Part shown: positions 11,054 through 23,283 of the stretch, piece after piece
How positions within the stretch are numbered: position 1 is the first letter of the stretch
Layout of the letters: every line of letters starts with the position of its first letter
Assembly (NCBI GenBank): GCA_963709405.1
Contig: CAVPXM010000020.1
Location: 1-64,000 of the forward strand
DNA from: an uncultured Nitrososphaerales archaeon
GTDB taxonomy: Archaea; Thermoproteota; Nitrososphaeria; Nitrososphaerales; Nitrososphaeraceae
Reading direction: 5' to 3'
Length of the DNA: 64,000 bases
Translations under genes and position numbers: made by a program
Notes under the pieces: model-generated
The model's input: only the letters and a program-made list of their open reading frames with translations
What the model was told of the DNA's origin: nothing
The model's database searches: none

Positions 11054-11749
11054 CTACAAAGAGGCAGATTTCTCAGTTCGTTTGGAGTTTCGATTATTAT
11101 CAAGAGGTGGCAAATCTGGAAATTTGCTTCTTGTATCCTCTGCTACAGTTGCAGTAGCTTCCTCCATAATCTTGACAGCCTCATCATCTAATCCCATTTC
11201 ACCAACCGCACTAATTTTTGTTCCTGAAGAAGAAGATATCTGATCTGTTGTCCCTGACATGATATTGCTCAACAGATCTGATATCTGTCCTAGCGATTGA
11301 TCTGCTTCCGGCATCATCGAAGTCAAACCCCCTTGTATTCCCTTTATTACAGACATCGCTGGACTCAGTGTAACTACCACATCTCCAAGCTCCGTCATTG
11401 TATTTAATCTCAACTGTATTTGTTCTAATGCCAATTTTGTAGAATCGACCATGTTATTCATTTTACGAACCTGTGATAATTCATTGGACAATAATTTAGC
11501 ATACTTACTATCATGATTTTGGACTGCATAAACTACACGATTAAAAATTAACTTGTCTTTTTCATACATTTTCGTAGAGATAGCATCCAATCTAGAAATC
11601 TGCATTTGTAATTTCTTTTGAGCCTCTTCGATGCGTGGTTTTAAAGGCTCTGATGATTTTATTCCCTCAGATAATTTATTCTTAACACTCTCGCTTACAC
11701 TTTTACCATACTGTGATTGTGATCTAGTCCATTTATTTCCAAATGACAT
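11054..11749 (-). CDS. cdvB: ESCRT-III/Snf7 (CdvB-like) paralog
   Basis: PLKPRIEEAQ...ELSQVRKM...KLALEQIQLRLNTMTELGDVVVTLSPAMSVIK with a KFPDLP tail. Confidence 0.88.
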   Translation of the reverse strand: MSFGNKWTRSQSQYGKSVSESVKNKLSEGIKSSEPLKPRIEEAQKKLQMQISRLDAISTKMYEKDKLIFNRVVYAVQNHDSKYAKLLSNELSQVRKMNNMVDSTKLALEQIQLRLNTMTELGDVVVTLSPAMSVIKGIQGGLTSMMPEADQSLGQISDLLSNIMSGTTDQISSSSGTKISAVGEMGLDDEAVKIMEEATATVAEDTRSKFPDLPPLDNNRNSKRTEKSASL

Positions 11750-12372
11750 ATACCAATAATGCTCCTTATATTCATGCTGCGTAAATCAGTTATTCACTGG
11801 GTATATGAATAAAAGTTGCTTAAGAACTTAACCTATTTCTTGTTGTGGTTTTTGTAATTGTTTACCAATAATTTGTTACGTAGAACTTCTTACAGAAAGC
11901 CGTTTTGTTATTGATTCTGCCTTATTATTTCATCTTCTTCATGTTGACTAGTTACGATGTCATCAGGTGTTGAATCCAAAGATTTTTCTTTAATGAACCT
12001 AACAGCATCATCAAATACAGTTGGGGATGTTAGCAAATCAGGTTTCATTGCATCGCGTTCTTTAGCCAAAGTTTATGCTTGTAACTTTTCTATTTTATTC
12101 TGAGTATTTTCACATATTATATTATATATGATGCCGAACACTATGCATTTTATTTCAGGCCCCAGATCGAGTGCATAAAGATAAGAAATGATTCATTTCA
12201 ATAATTTACCAGCCACTTATTGGAACAATCGCCTGAAAACATCATATTCTTATCGTTATGTAGAATAATATCAGTAGTTGATCATCTCGCCAAATGCGTC
12301 TTTACACTAGTCCATTAGCTCCTAATTAGGCCTCTTTGCGCTACAGATCTTGATGCTCGGCTCGATGAAAGT

Positions 12373-12567
12373 TTGGGCTTTTTAAAATATGGTTATACAC
12401 AAACCGCAGAGCGTATAAAACATGGAATATTGGAATTGGTAAGTAATCACGGGTTTATAGAATATTACGACACTTACACAAGAGAGGGATTAGGTGGAAA
12501 ATTGTTTTCGTGGGCTGCGCTGGTACTAGATATGATAAAACACTGGGATTGGAATTCCATCTACTGA
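12373..12567 (+). pseudogene. Glycoside hydrolase (MGH1/GH63-like) C-terminal fragment
   Basis: GFIEYYDTYTREGLGGKLFSWAALVLD. Confidence 0.7.
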
Positions 12568-12700
12568 TGAATAGATATGAGTCAGAGTGAGTCTATTTCC
12601 TAACCGCTGTATCTAATGCTGGTTACATTGGGTTATCTGATTGAAAAATAGTAGAAAATTGGCATTCGTAACTTATCTTTTATTCATCTATGTGTGATCT

Positions 12701-13189
12701 TCAGGATTTGCTGCTTTTTGTGGCCTTGGACGACCAGAATGTCTCGCCAGATTCTTTCCATTTTATGTAATCCATCAGAATCCTTTTATGATCAAATGCA
12801 AATTTTTCATTAGGTATGGCTTCTAAATCTATCCATTCTAGTTCCGACGCATCATCAGCAGCTAGTGCTTCAACACTTTTGTTTCTATTAACAGGAACAT
12901 ATGCTATAAATACTGTAGACATTATGTGCCCTCGCGGATCTCTTTTAGGATCTGAGTATACACCCAGGATATCAACAAGTTCAATATCTAAGGATGTTTC
13001 TTCTCTGACTTCACGTTTTGCTGCATCTTCCACCGTTTCTCCTTCATTCACAAAACCACCTGGAATTGCCATATACCCTCTAAATGGTTCATTCTTTCTT
13101 TTAACTAACAATATCTGAGTATCCATTTGGATAATAGCATCTACAGCAGGAACTGGATTTTTGTATCCTTCTTTCTTCATAAGTATCAC
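12701..13189 (-). CDS. NUDIX hydrolase (ADP-ribose pyrophosphatase-like)
   Basis: Nudix box GGFVNEGETVEDAAKREVREETS, plus RDPRGH and AFDH. Confidence 0.95.
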   Translation of the reverse strand: MILMKKEGYKNPVPAVDAIIQMDTQILLVKRKNEPFRGYMAIPGGFVNEGETVEDAAKREVREETSLDIELVDILGVYSDPKRDPRGHIMSTVFIAYVPVNRNKSVEALAADDASELEWIDLEAIPNEKFAFDHKRILMDYIKWKESGETFWSSKATKSSKS

Positions 13190-13706
13190 AATAGATTAAA
13201 GCAATTAAATAAGATAACTACGCCCATTATTTGATCGAAGAGCAGCCTTAGCCGAAGTTCAAATGTTCATGTCCAATGTATTACATAGATATATCAACCA
13301 TACTCTTACGCAAATAGCATCAATAATTGTCATGATAGTGCACATCACATCATCCTCATTATAATATCATCCTTATTTTAAAGTTATAAATTTTTCAAAT
13401 TTTTCCTATTATAGATATCCCATTCGCCTGAGTAACTCAATTCCTTGGGCGTTACATTGATTCTTGTCTAACTCATCTCCTAATATGTCTCAAATGCTCT
13501 TCTTTTCTGAAGTTCGCTATATCTTGCAAAAGTATGAAATGATAATTCTGCAGATATGAAAATCTTAACTTTGATTAGGTGATTCTGTATAATAGGTAGT
13601 CGGACATCGGAGAAAAGACTAACTTACCGCTCAACATCCAGAATTACTTCAGAAGATGATATGAACCTATGATAAGTTTGCAAAGAAAATTGGAGTAATA
13701 GTACCA

Positions 13707-14047
13707 TCAGAAATAAAGAAAGATCTTCGGACCTTCATCACTGAGACAAACGCCCTTTTCATTTGTTTTGAGATTGTCTTCATGGTAGATCTCGAAATGC
13801 ACACCTCGGTTGATAAGTTCATCCATAGTCTGTTCGAGGTTGTTCACAGGAAAATTAAGAACTGTAAACGTTGCAGGAGTATGATTCACCTTGGGATATA
13901 TCAAGATGTTTGTCCAGCCGCGATCTGAAGCTCTAAGAAATCATTGGATTCTGAAATCTCCAGACCTAGGATCTGGCTATAGAACTGCTTTGCCTTTTGT
14001 AGGTCATCCACCGAAAAACCAGAGAATGCTTTTGTGTTTTTGAACAT
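13707..14047 (-). pseudogene. VOC/glyoxalase family protein, frameshifted and truncated
   Basis: MFKNTKAFSGFSVDDLQKAKQFY from ATG 14047, then HTPATFTVLNFPV and GPKI in another frame. Confidence 0.8.
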
Positions 14048-14259
14048 TCGTTCTTTAATTCATTCTTCTCTCTTATGTATCTATACATTACCTTGGAATA
14101 CATCGACATCTCGATCTTCAGAAAGAGACATATCCAACGATTCCGTACTTTGTTAGTGGATTTCTGCAATAGGCGAATAATATTATGTTCATTAGCTGAT
14201 TATGACATTTGAATTACGAGTTTATTGTCAATAACCACGATTTCATGATAGATTAGTAT

Positions 14260-14522
14260 ATTAGAATTTTAGCTCATTTGCACTATGAAATGTAGGTTTA
14301 TCAATTTCAACATTTTGTTCGATATAGTTTTCTAGTTTAGGTAATCCTTTTTCTAATCCAAGCAATCGCAGTGCTCGTTGGTGCTCTGCATACATGTAAT
14401 CTTTTCGTAATAAGAGACCCTGAGGATCATACAAGTTATAGAATTTTCCAACAATATGTCCTGTTGCTTTTCAAAAAGCAGTGTTGTTGGCTGCTGATTT
14501 ACTGTTAATAGCAGCGCCCATT
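14260..14522 (-). pseudogene. Alpha/beta hydrolase (DUF726-like) fragment
   Basis: Manual translation MGAAIN...AF*...VGKFYNLYDPQ...ENYIEQNV contains an in-frame stop. Confidence 0.4.
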
Positions 14523-14738
14523 AGATGTATTGAAGGTATTTCAAAGTCTTTTTTCAGTTGTTAATTGTTATTTAAATCAATTAAAGCTCGCTTCCCACAA
14601 TCCTGGTACCTAACGAATGAGCAATAATCCTTATCTGGCTATTAGGACATTTATCTGAGCAATCTGAAATAAATTGTACAAGTTTTGGTTCATTTTGATC
14701 ACTCAACATGTGACAATAGTCATATATAGAAAACTAAT

Positions 14739-15930
14739 ATGAATAATCATTTGGAAAGCTACAGAGAGCGTCATTCTACATGGTTAGAAAATTTTTATGA
14801 CCTAGTAGTTGCCATTATTGTCTATCAGCTGAGTAGAGATCTCTATCAAGACGTCTCTATATACGGATTTCTTAGTTTTGTCGCGCTTTTTATCCCAGTG
14901 ATTTGGTCGTGGACAGGTGTCACATTTTATTCAACAAGATTTGAGACTGATGATTTGACACATCGACTTCTCATGCTACTTCAGGTTGCTGCCAGCTGCT
15001 TTTATGGCAGTAAGTGTGCCTGATGGATTGGGTAAGAATTCGGTCTGGTTTGCATTGTCTTATGCTGTAATACGTACCATCTTAGTAATAGAATATCTAC
15101 GCACAAGGAGACAGATTCCAGCAGCACGTCAGCTTACCACAAGGTATTCCATAGGATTTTCTATTGCAGCAGGAATATGGTTCGTATCAGTGTTTATACC
15201 TCCACCAGTTAGGTTCGTTTTGTGGATGATAGGATTAGGAGTAGATATATGCACACCTTTGTTGTTTGCAAAACACCTTTCAGTACAATTTGCACCTCAT
15301 GTACAGCATTTACCTGAGCGTTTCGGATCGTTTACGATTATTGTTTTAGGCATCTCCATACTGGGAGTTGTTAATGGAATTGCTCCTCACAATTGGACTA
15401 TATTTTCTATAATATCTGCCGGACTTGGCCTAGGCATAGCATTTAGTTTCTGGTGGATTTACTTCGATAGTGTTGACGGTTCAGAAATTAAAGCTCTTCG
15501 TGAAAATAAACAGATCGGAATTTATGTTACTTGGTTATATGTACATTTTCCGTTAATTATCGGGTTTACCGCATTTGGAGTTAGCATAGAACACGTAGTG
15601 CTAAGTAATCAATCTTTAGCTTTGCCCTCTGCCGAGAAATGGCTTCTATGTGATTCTACATTCCTCTGCTTAATTGCATTAGGAATATTGCAGATGACAT
15701 CAATAATGACTAATCCCAGTTCATCGTTGGCTAAATCAAGGAGAGTAATAAAGTACAATGCTGCAATCTATAGTCTAGTTGGAGCAATAGTTGTGCTTGT
15801 TCTTGGTGGTATATTAAAAGGCAGCAGCGTGTTGCCAATATTTGTCATTGGTATCATGGCTATAGTATGCATAGGTCAAGTCATATTAGATGTGAAACGT
15901 CATCCTCATCATCGTTTTTCAAAATCTTAG
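14739..15930 (+). CDS. ltrA: Low temperature requirement protein A (one frameshift)
   Basis: TWLENFYDLV, HLPERFGSFTIIVLG, WWIYF and WLYVHFPL across two overlapping ORFs. Confidence 0.9.
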
Positions 15931-16137
15931 ATACTGAATACATAATTCATTTAAAAAAATAATATGTACAGTTCATTCAGCTTTAGCTCACTATTATAAA
16001 CTTTATACAGACCATGGTACATTATAAAACATTAATAACATTTTGTCGGAGTAACTGCATATATTTTATTACTTACTAACTATAGCTATAAAATACATTT
16101 ATGACTATCTTAAATAGGCTATTATTCATATAACATC

Positions 16138-16668
16138 ATGCATAACCACATCAGGATAGACGATGATGTTAGGAATTCTTTGCAAATTGATGACATTAAT
16201 CTCAAAATTATCGATATTTTAAATAAAGACTCTTCAACACCATTCGTTGATATAGCAAAACGAATAGGTGTTTCAGATGCAACTGTGCATATTAGAGTTA
16301 GAAGAATGATCGCAGCAGGTATAATCAACAAATTTACAATATCTGTAGATAATGACCTTCTAGGATATGATCACCTGGCATTTATGGGAATAAATATTTC
16401 GCCCGGTTCGGCAGATCAGATCATATCCGATCTATTAAGAATTGAGGAAGTTTTAGAAATGCATGAAATGCATGGTAAATTTGATTTATTATTAAAAATT
16501 CGTGCTAAGAATTTAAATCAGATGAGAGATATAGTTGAAAATAAGATCTGTAAAATACCTCATATTCTTGAATCAGAGTTAATGACTGTACTAAAAACAG
16601 ATAAGGAAGAACAAATGATAGCTCTTGAGAATGACATTGAATATAAAGACATGCTATCTTTAAAATAG
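16138..16668 (+). CDS. Lrp/AsnC transcriptional regulator
   Basis: N-terminal HTH (PFVDIAKRIGVSDATVHIRV) followed by a RAM domain (GKFDLLLKI). Confidence 0.95.
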   Translation: MHNHIRIDDDVRNSLQIDDINLKIIDILNKDSSTPFVDIAKRIGVSDATVHIRVRRMIAAGIINKFTISVDNDLLGYDHLAFMGINISPGSADQIISDLLRIEEVLEMHEMHGKFDLLLKIRAKNLNQMRDIVENKICKIPHILESELMTVLKTDKEEQMIALENDIEYKDMLSLK

Positions 16669-17189
16669 GATCAATTAAGATCATTATTCTTTCTAGTATA
16701 TATGATAGAAACTTGAATCGAAGATGTGGTGTATCTCAAATCTCAAAATTATTTTGATTCTTGGTAACGCTTTAACGGTCTACGAATGATACAACAACTA
16801 TGTATTAATCAATTCAGGTGAATACCTGAAATTAGTTGTTATCTTATACTGTCTTAGTCGAGTAAAACAAACCGTCATCCAACGAAATGATACCTATATT
16901 ATCGGTTCGTTATCTCTGTTTTCCGTGTTACCATGACATTTTAGTGTGAGTTCAAATGGGAATGAAATCAACTATATTTAGTAACGCAGTAATTCAAGAA
17001 ACATTTTTGTAATTGCAGTGTCATTTACAATACCTCCAGCTAATTCTCTATCGGTACAGAAATCATAATTAGATGTTGTACTTATTGACATAGATGACAA
17101 TGGTTCGTTATACTCTTTTGTGGGACAAATAGAGGTGTAAAGTAGCGGGACATTTGATAAGTAATTATATGAATAAAATCTTTTTTGAT

Positions 17190-17361
17190 GATTCGGCCTT
17201 CTTTTTGCTAATGGTCCTTCTTGGTAAACACTTGTTGTAGATGGTATATTCGATCTTTTGCAGTTCAGTAACTGATCGACTGTCAAGATTTGGATCTTTG
17301 AATACTTGTGTTTCCAGACAAATGAAGCATAAGGATCCGTTATTTTAGTTTCCTTTGTCAT
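17190..17361 (-). pseudogene. C-terminal remnant of a DNA methyltransferase/Mrr-type fusion
   Basis: KYSKIQILTVDQLLN resembles the C-terminal motif of these proteins. Confidence 0.45.
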
Positions 17362-17488
17362 TTCACTTGTCAGTTCTTATCTGTGCTTCTCTATGATAGA
17401 TCTCATGATTGATGATGTGTCAACGGTTGCCTATTCTATTTCATTAAAATAATTAGAACCTAACGTAGTATATACAACCAAGAAGCAT

Positions 17489-17725
17489 CTAGTGTGAGCT
17501 ATAATGATGATGGTTGTCGCTAGTTCTCCTCTTATCAAAAGAAGCAGCATTCCGTGGCGGAGGAGGACTATCGTTCTCATGTCCTGAATGTGTTCTAATA
17601 TGATTCCAGTAGTCTGAATTTGTGATCGCAGTTTTGCATACAGGACAATTGGCATAACCACATCTATGATGTCCTATAAAGTTTGGATGAAGCGTAATGT
17701 TACATCTATCACATCTATTTTGCAT
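17489..17725 (-). CDS. Small zinc-finger protein
   Basis: CDRC...HHRC and a C2H2-type CPVC...NHIRTH, with a His-rich tail. Confidence 0.65.
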   Translation of the reverse strand: MQNRCDRCNITLHPNFIGHHRCGYANCPVCKTAITNSDYWNHIRTHSGHENDSPPPPRNAASFDKRRTSDNHHHYSSH

Positions 17726-17769
17726 GTCTTTTTATCACTTTTGTCGTTGATAGTAGGTATGTGCATATC

Positions 17770-18232
17770 TATAAAGATTCCAGACCTGTGGCTACAATAA
17801 CAGGTTCACACAGGAATTTCTGTATATTTGGTGCTATTACCTTGAAGGAAAGCAGCTATTCAGACAATTTGAAAGGTTTAATGAGGATACATTCTATGAA
17901 TTTCTAAAGCATGTACATTATAAATTCCCAAAGTGTTACTTATTCTTAGATATGGCACCTCAACATCATAAATCCCTCAAAGTAAGGAAGTACTTTGAAG
18001 AACATAAAGATACTCTAAAACCAATCTATCTTCCAACAGCATCACCAGAATTCATGGTACTGGAAGAATTTTGGAATATATCTAAAAGTGATCTGTCAGT
18101 ATTAACATTTTATCGATCATTTATAGAATTTAGAATAAGGCTAGGACAGTACTTCAGAACTAAACATTTCAATCCGAATATGAGAAATTATCTAACTGGG
18201 AATGTGTCAGAGAACTTATCTTAGTTGGTGTA
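17770..18232 (+). mobile_element. IS630-family element (type B), 3' half with right TIR
   Basis: FLDMAPQH and YLPTASPEFMVLEEFW. The end ACTTATCTTAGTTGGTG-TA is the inverse of the left end at 52368. Confidence 0.85.
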
Positions 18233-20102
18233 GGTTTAATTTGGTTCTTTGATAGATATCTAAAATTGTTATTGCTATCATACATACCATCATCTGCTAA
18301 GTGAAGTGTCTAGTTATATGTCATAATATTTTTATTGCATAGTCTAGATTGTTAGATAGATAAAGCTTAACAGATGTAGGATATTCCCATCATGTGAGAC
18401 GTGCTTCTAAGTTGAATCTAAGCCGGGGACAGAAAACAAGTCTAGAATCACTCATGAATAATACAACTAACAAGAAGGAGTATCGTAGGGTACTGGCTAT
18501 ACTTCAAAAAGTTGAAGGTAGATCTTATGAAGACATAGCACATGAACACGAAGTCAATATTCAATCTGTACAAAGATGGGTTGTTGCGTTTACTCATGGT
18601 GGGATAGGAGTGGTAAGGATAAAGAAGAGACCGAGAGGACTGAATTCACGTATAACAGATGAAAACAAAGAGGTTATCCTTTCTGCATTATTTAATGATC
18701 CCCATATCTTTGGTTATCTTAGAAATACATGGAGTCTAAGGTCACTTGCAAGATGTCTTACAGATGAGCTTGATATTCCAATCAGTTTCAAACACCTGCA
18801 AAGAATAACTAAGGATATGGGGATTAGGTGTAAAAGACCAAAATTGGAACTATTACATGGATCTGACTGTCAAGAGGGAAGAAAGAGGGTGGAAGATTAT
18901 AAACGTGTAGCATCAGCTCTGAAAAAAAGGAGTGATGTTAGTATTTGAAGATGAAACTACGATAACACAGAAACCTTGCATACGAAGATCTATGAGTTTT
19001 GAAGGCCAGCAACAAAGGATAGAACATAATGGAAGTAGAAAGAAGTTCTCTGCATACATATCCATGCTATGGCCAGATCAGAAGTTGATGTATGATTTCT
19101 ATGATAGAATGAATTCTACGAATACTATCGACCATCTGGAGAATCTCAAGATAAACATTATGAAAAATGATTGGTGTAAAAGACTCATACTCATATGGGA
19201 TAACGCTTCATACCATGTAAGCCTAATGGTACGGAATTATATCAATGCACAGAAAGGAGAAGACTGGCTAACTATAATCCACCTACCAAAGAAGGCTCCA
19301 TACCTAAATCCAAATGAAAGAAAGGTAAACCAGCTGATAAAGTCACATGTATGTGCGAATAGGTTTTATGAAAATATAGAAGACCAGAAAACCGCAGTAT
19401 CAGAATATCTAGATAATAGATTTGGAAGATGGAATAATGACATTTAATGTGACACTTGACTTAATACACCCTCCAGATTATTATTTTCAGAAGCATTATC
19501 CACTAACTTACTCAACATCCTGCCATCATCATGTACCTCTTCACTTATTACCTCCAAAGACAGGATTCTTTTCTTCTTCTTGATGTCAACTGCTACATGT
19601 ATCTTTAGATAACCTTTTCTAACATACCATTTGTGCGTATCCATTCTCCTCGATTAGCTACTTTAATGCCAGTGCTGTCTAAAGCAATCACAATATCATT
19701 TCCTAATTTTTCATTGATTTTGATGTCCAGTCTGTTTATATGTCTACTAATGGTACTATAATCTGGTATGCCTGGAACATTTTTACTTGCATGAGCTATA
19801 ACTACACCTTGTGTTTCTCTATATGGTGGATGAAAATAAGATCTCATGTAACCTAGGATCTTGATATATAAAGGAATATGGGTAGTTGTAGGGATCCATC
19901 AACCAACTTTCCAAGATTCATTTGAGATAATTCGTGATCCAATCCATCTAGTACATCAAAATCCAACAGTACCTGACCACGCCTGACTAGTGATTCATTA
20001 TAGGAAGGCCAGCCAATCATGTCAAATAGTTATTATATGTAAGCTAAATACAGATTGGTCAAATAAGTATCAGTTAAAATATAATGAATCGCGCAACAAA
20101 GC
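18233..20102 (-). mobile_element. IS5-family (IS903-group-like) element, degenerate and interrupted by IS630 insertions
   Basis: WPSYNESLVRRG, PDYSTI, ALDSTGIKV and KIHVAVD motifs. The frame resumes as LADDGMYDSNNNF left of 18298. Terminal GCTTTGTTGC at about 20102. Confidence 0.85.
18298..19463 (+). mobile_element. IS630-family element (type A), apparently complete, two-ORF transposase
   Basis: TIRs TAAGTGAAGTGTC / GACACTTGACTTA with TA duplication. HTH ORF 18394-18948 and DDE ORF 18932-19447 (FEDET, WDNASYH, YLNPNE). Confidence 0.93.
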
Positions 20103-20587
20103 AGCATTTATCATAAAAGGTTGTAAAGGTAAACAGGACTTTATATAACTTCCATGACAATTCGGTAACATTTATGATACGTTTCTTTGCTAGCCAGTAA
20201 TCTGAGATGATAGGTATTACTAACGACTCCTTCTGTCGTGTAAACTCTTAGCTACTGGACTAGAGTTTTATAGATATCGGTGGAAGGCACACACATTTAC
20301 AGAAATTGTAGAAGGATTGTTGACCTCAAGCAAATAAGTTTAGACGAATCGAAGGTCATCCATTATATAATAGCAGCCAGCAGTGTATATTTATAGTGAT
20401 AGGCGAGTAGTAAAAGGACCGATACGAAATTAGTTTTAGATCTACAAACACTTTATACACGCATAGTTGGCGTATAGCATTTACCTATTATAATAGTACG
20501 AATCCATCTATCTCAATGGATAACTTAAATCTCTACAGATATATTATAATTATCTCTCTACCTAAGGATATACAGCGATGACAGTAT

Positions 20588-20887
20588 GTGAAAGATGGCA
20601 GCAAAAATGAAGAATATCATACATGTCCAACTTGCAACCAGCGTTTGTGCATAACATGTTTTAATATGGTTCATTTTGGTGTAAATGCTCCGAGAGCTGG
20701 TAAATCAATGGTATACAATAAATGTATTTTTTGTGATGGAATATACGCAACTAATGCAAGAGGTAGCGTCTGTGATAAGTGCACTATTATACTTGATTGG
20801 ATATCTGGAATGAACTACCTTGCTGCCAGTAAACAGGGTTTCAGAGCTAATAAGGACAAACAAATTGAACTCAAAACTCAGAAATGA
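20588..20887 (+). CDS. Cys-rich protein with four CxxC pairs
   Basis: CPTC, CITC, CIFC and CDKC. Confidence 0.55.
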   Translation: MKDGSKNEEYHTCPTCNQRLCITCFNMVHFGVNAPRAGKSMVYNKCIFCDGIYATNARGSVCDKCTIILDWISGMNYLAASKQGFRANKDKQIELKTQK

Positions 20888-21252
20888 AAACTATTGTAAG
20901 GCAAATTTTGGTAGCCATGCGACGCAAGTGATAATGGATGCAATAGACAGCTCAAACATTCATTAATAATAGTGGTAACTGTAATATTAATTCCTTTAAG
21001 CCTAAGACATGCGTCATTTCCAATTAAGAAGACTTCTATCGGAAGTGAAATTTGAATGTGTCTTAAGTTCTCCCATATGAAGCGATCTGCAAGAGGGCTT
21101 ACTACAAATCGTATTAGAAAAACACTTTTTGCGATATCCAATTTTAGGCTTTCTACTTACTTTCCAGTTAGACTGAAAATATATCTTTGTCAGAAGGATT
21201 GCATAATGCTTCTTGGTAAAAATATAATAAAGATTGTCCTCTATGAAGTAAT

Positions 21253-21691
21253 AATGAGACAAGAGCATGTGACTATACAGGATCCAGAGGTTTCACGACT
21301 GTACGATCAAATCAAAAAACCTCTACAAGGCCTTAAACTGGACATAATCCACGAGGAGGAAATTGAAAATTATTGGAATCTAAAGACGCATAAAGGTACT
21401 AAAAGTAGTGTTATAATTGGAAATGTGCGTGATGTCGACGTAATGATAAGCGGCACTAAGTGGAATTATGATTTAATGTTGCGAACCGGCGCTCGGGGTA
21501 AAGATATAATCGTTCCAACGGCTATACCAGGTGCTCTAACTACCGGAATAGCTGCAATTCCTGCAAATACACTGTCGACTTATAGAGCAAACTCATTTGA
21601 GAAAAATTTCTGGAACTTTATCATAAAGACCTTGTACGATATCGGAAACGCAAACACAACATTATCTGACCCTGTAACAGTGACGCATTAA
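21253..21691 (+). CDS. Hypothetical protein
   Basis: Likely starts at MRQEHVTIQDP within ORF 21056-21691. Confidence 0.5.
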
Positions 21692-21711
21692 ATTAGGGGG
21701 TGTACTAGTGT

Positions 21712-22287
21712 TTGAAAACTAAAATGTCATCGTACCATTTATTACAACAATTAATGTACACGATACAAAGGACAAAAGAAAGCACCAATCCATTAACATT
21801 CTCATTATCGATCATTCTGGCATTTACTATCGTTACATTTTCTTATTCCTCTCAATTATCATTAGCGCAAAATAGTACATCATCTTCTCAACCAACAGCA
21901 TCCTTTGTTAATTCGTTCGAAAAGCTAGTAAATAACGCTCATAATTTGACTCAGAGTTACGAAATTGGATATGCTAAATGGAAGTCACATCAGTATGATA
22001 ACAAGACAATGATTTCAGTTACAAATAATTATTTACCGAAATATCAAAAGCTCATTAGCGAGTCAAAAGCGTTGCAACCTCCTAAGCAATATCAGAATGC
22101 TACAGATCTATATACGAAGAGTCTTGAATCGGAGCTTCAAAGTAACAATCATTTCCGAAATTATCTATTAACAAATAACTCTACTGAGAGTAAATTGTCT
22201 TCAAAATTGTTGTCTGACGCGTTCAAATACGAAATTGAAGCATTTAAGAAGCTCACATCCTCTGGATTGTTTACTATTGCGCCATGA
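21712..22287 (+). CDS. Secreted helical protein
   Basis: Hydrophobic signal ending SLAQ followed by an amphipathic helical body. Confidence 0.7.
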   Translation: MKTKMSSYHLLQQLMYTIQRTKESTNPLTFSLSIILAFTIVTFSYSSQLSLAQNSTSSSQPTASFVNSFEKLVNNAHNLTQSYEIGYAKWKSHQYDNKTMISVTNNYLPKYQKLISESKALQPPKQYQNATDLYTKSLESELQSNNHFRNYLLTNNSTESKLSSKLLSDAFKYEIEAFKKLTSSGLFTIAP

Positions 22288-22712
22288 CTAATGCATAATC
22301 TCTTGCTCCGGTATCCAATGGTGGGTAAACTGGAACCAATCAAATAACATTCCAGTTCACTGCTGGTGGTACTGCAAGCGGATTTGAATGCAGTATAGAC
22401 CCTCAGGACTCTCGGAAGCGACATTCAAGCTGTCGCAGGTGGTCGAAGTGGAAATAAAGTGATTGCCGGCTCAAATGGAGGTGATACTCTGATATGAGGA
22501 TCATGGTCAGATACCATTAATGGTCTTGGAAGCGATGATGGTATAAATGGATGTGGTGGAAATGATAACGTAAATGGTGGTGATGGAGAGAATCGTATTG
22601 CGGGAAGTTCAGGAAATGATCTCCTTCGTGATCATGCTTGAGATGGTGTAGTACAAGTGGGTTCTGGAAATGATGAAATATTTGGAGATGATGGTAATGA
22701 TGTACCTTCGGG
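22284..22712 (+). pseudogene. RTX/hemolysin-type Ca-binding repeat protein remnant
   Basis: GGxGNDx-type nonapeptides (GCGGNDNVNGGDG, GSSGNDLL, GDDGNDV) with two in-frame TGA stops. Confidence 0.75.
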
Positions 22713-23177
22713 AAGTAGACGCAATGGGGGAAGCCTTCGGCGGCTATAATGCCTCAAGCTTCTTTGCTGAAACCAAACCACTGGGAATGAGATCTACGCT
22801 TGGCAATTGGGATACGACCCGGTATATTGGAGATGAGCCACCATGCTTAAGAAGATTGGATAGCAACAAGAAATTTCCAAAAGACTTGACTCATGAGCCA
22901 CATGACGATGGGGAGATATGGTCAGCATGTATGTATGAAATACGAACCGCTCTAGGCCGTAAAACTACCGACACACTTGTAATTCCACATCACTTTGTAC
23001 CTATCTAGGTCAGCTACCTTCCAAAACGCAGCAAATGCATTAATTACCGCAGAGAAAAATTTGAATGGAGGTCGTAATCAAAATGTAATGCCCAATGTAT
23101 TTATACATCGCGAAATTCTTCCTAATCAAAACAGAAAAAATAAACGAGCAGGCTTGCCTTTCGATCAACTTGGATAA
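22713..23177 (+). pseudogene. M36/M4-like metallopeptidase C-terminal fragment
   Basis: AMGEAFG and EPHDDGEIWSACMYEIR...FQNAANALITA. Confidence 0.7.
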
Positions 23178-23283
23178 TAGCGATTTTTGAGGAAAGTAAT
23201 AACTATGTATTCTAATATTTCGCAACAGGTCATGAGAGAATATTGTCCTAAAACTATTCAAGTAGAATAGAAACATAAAAGTC

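Noticed and set aside
20200-20235. Fluoride-riboswitch-like CTAACGACTCCT
   Set aside because: The 5' GATGGAGT/stem half is absent and no relevant downstream gene is present.
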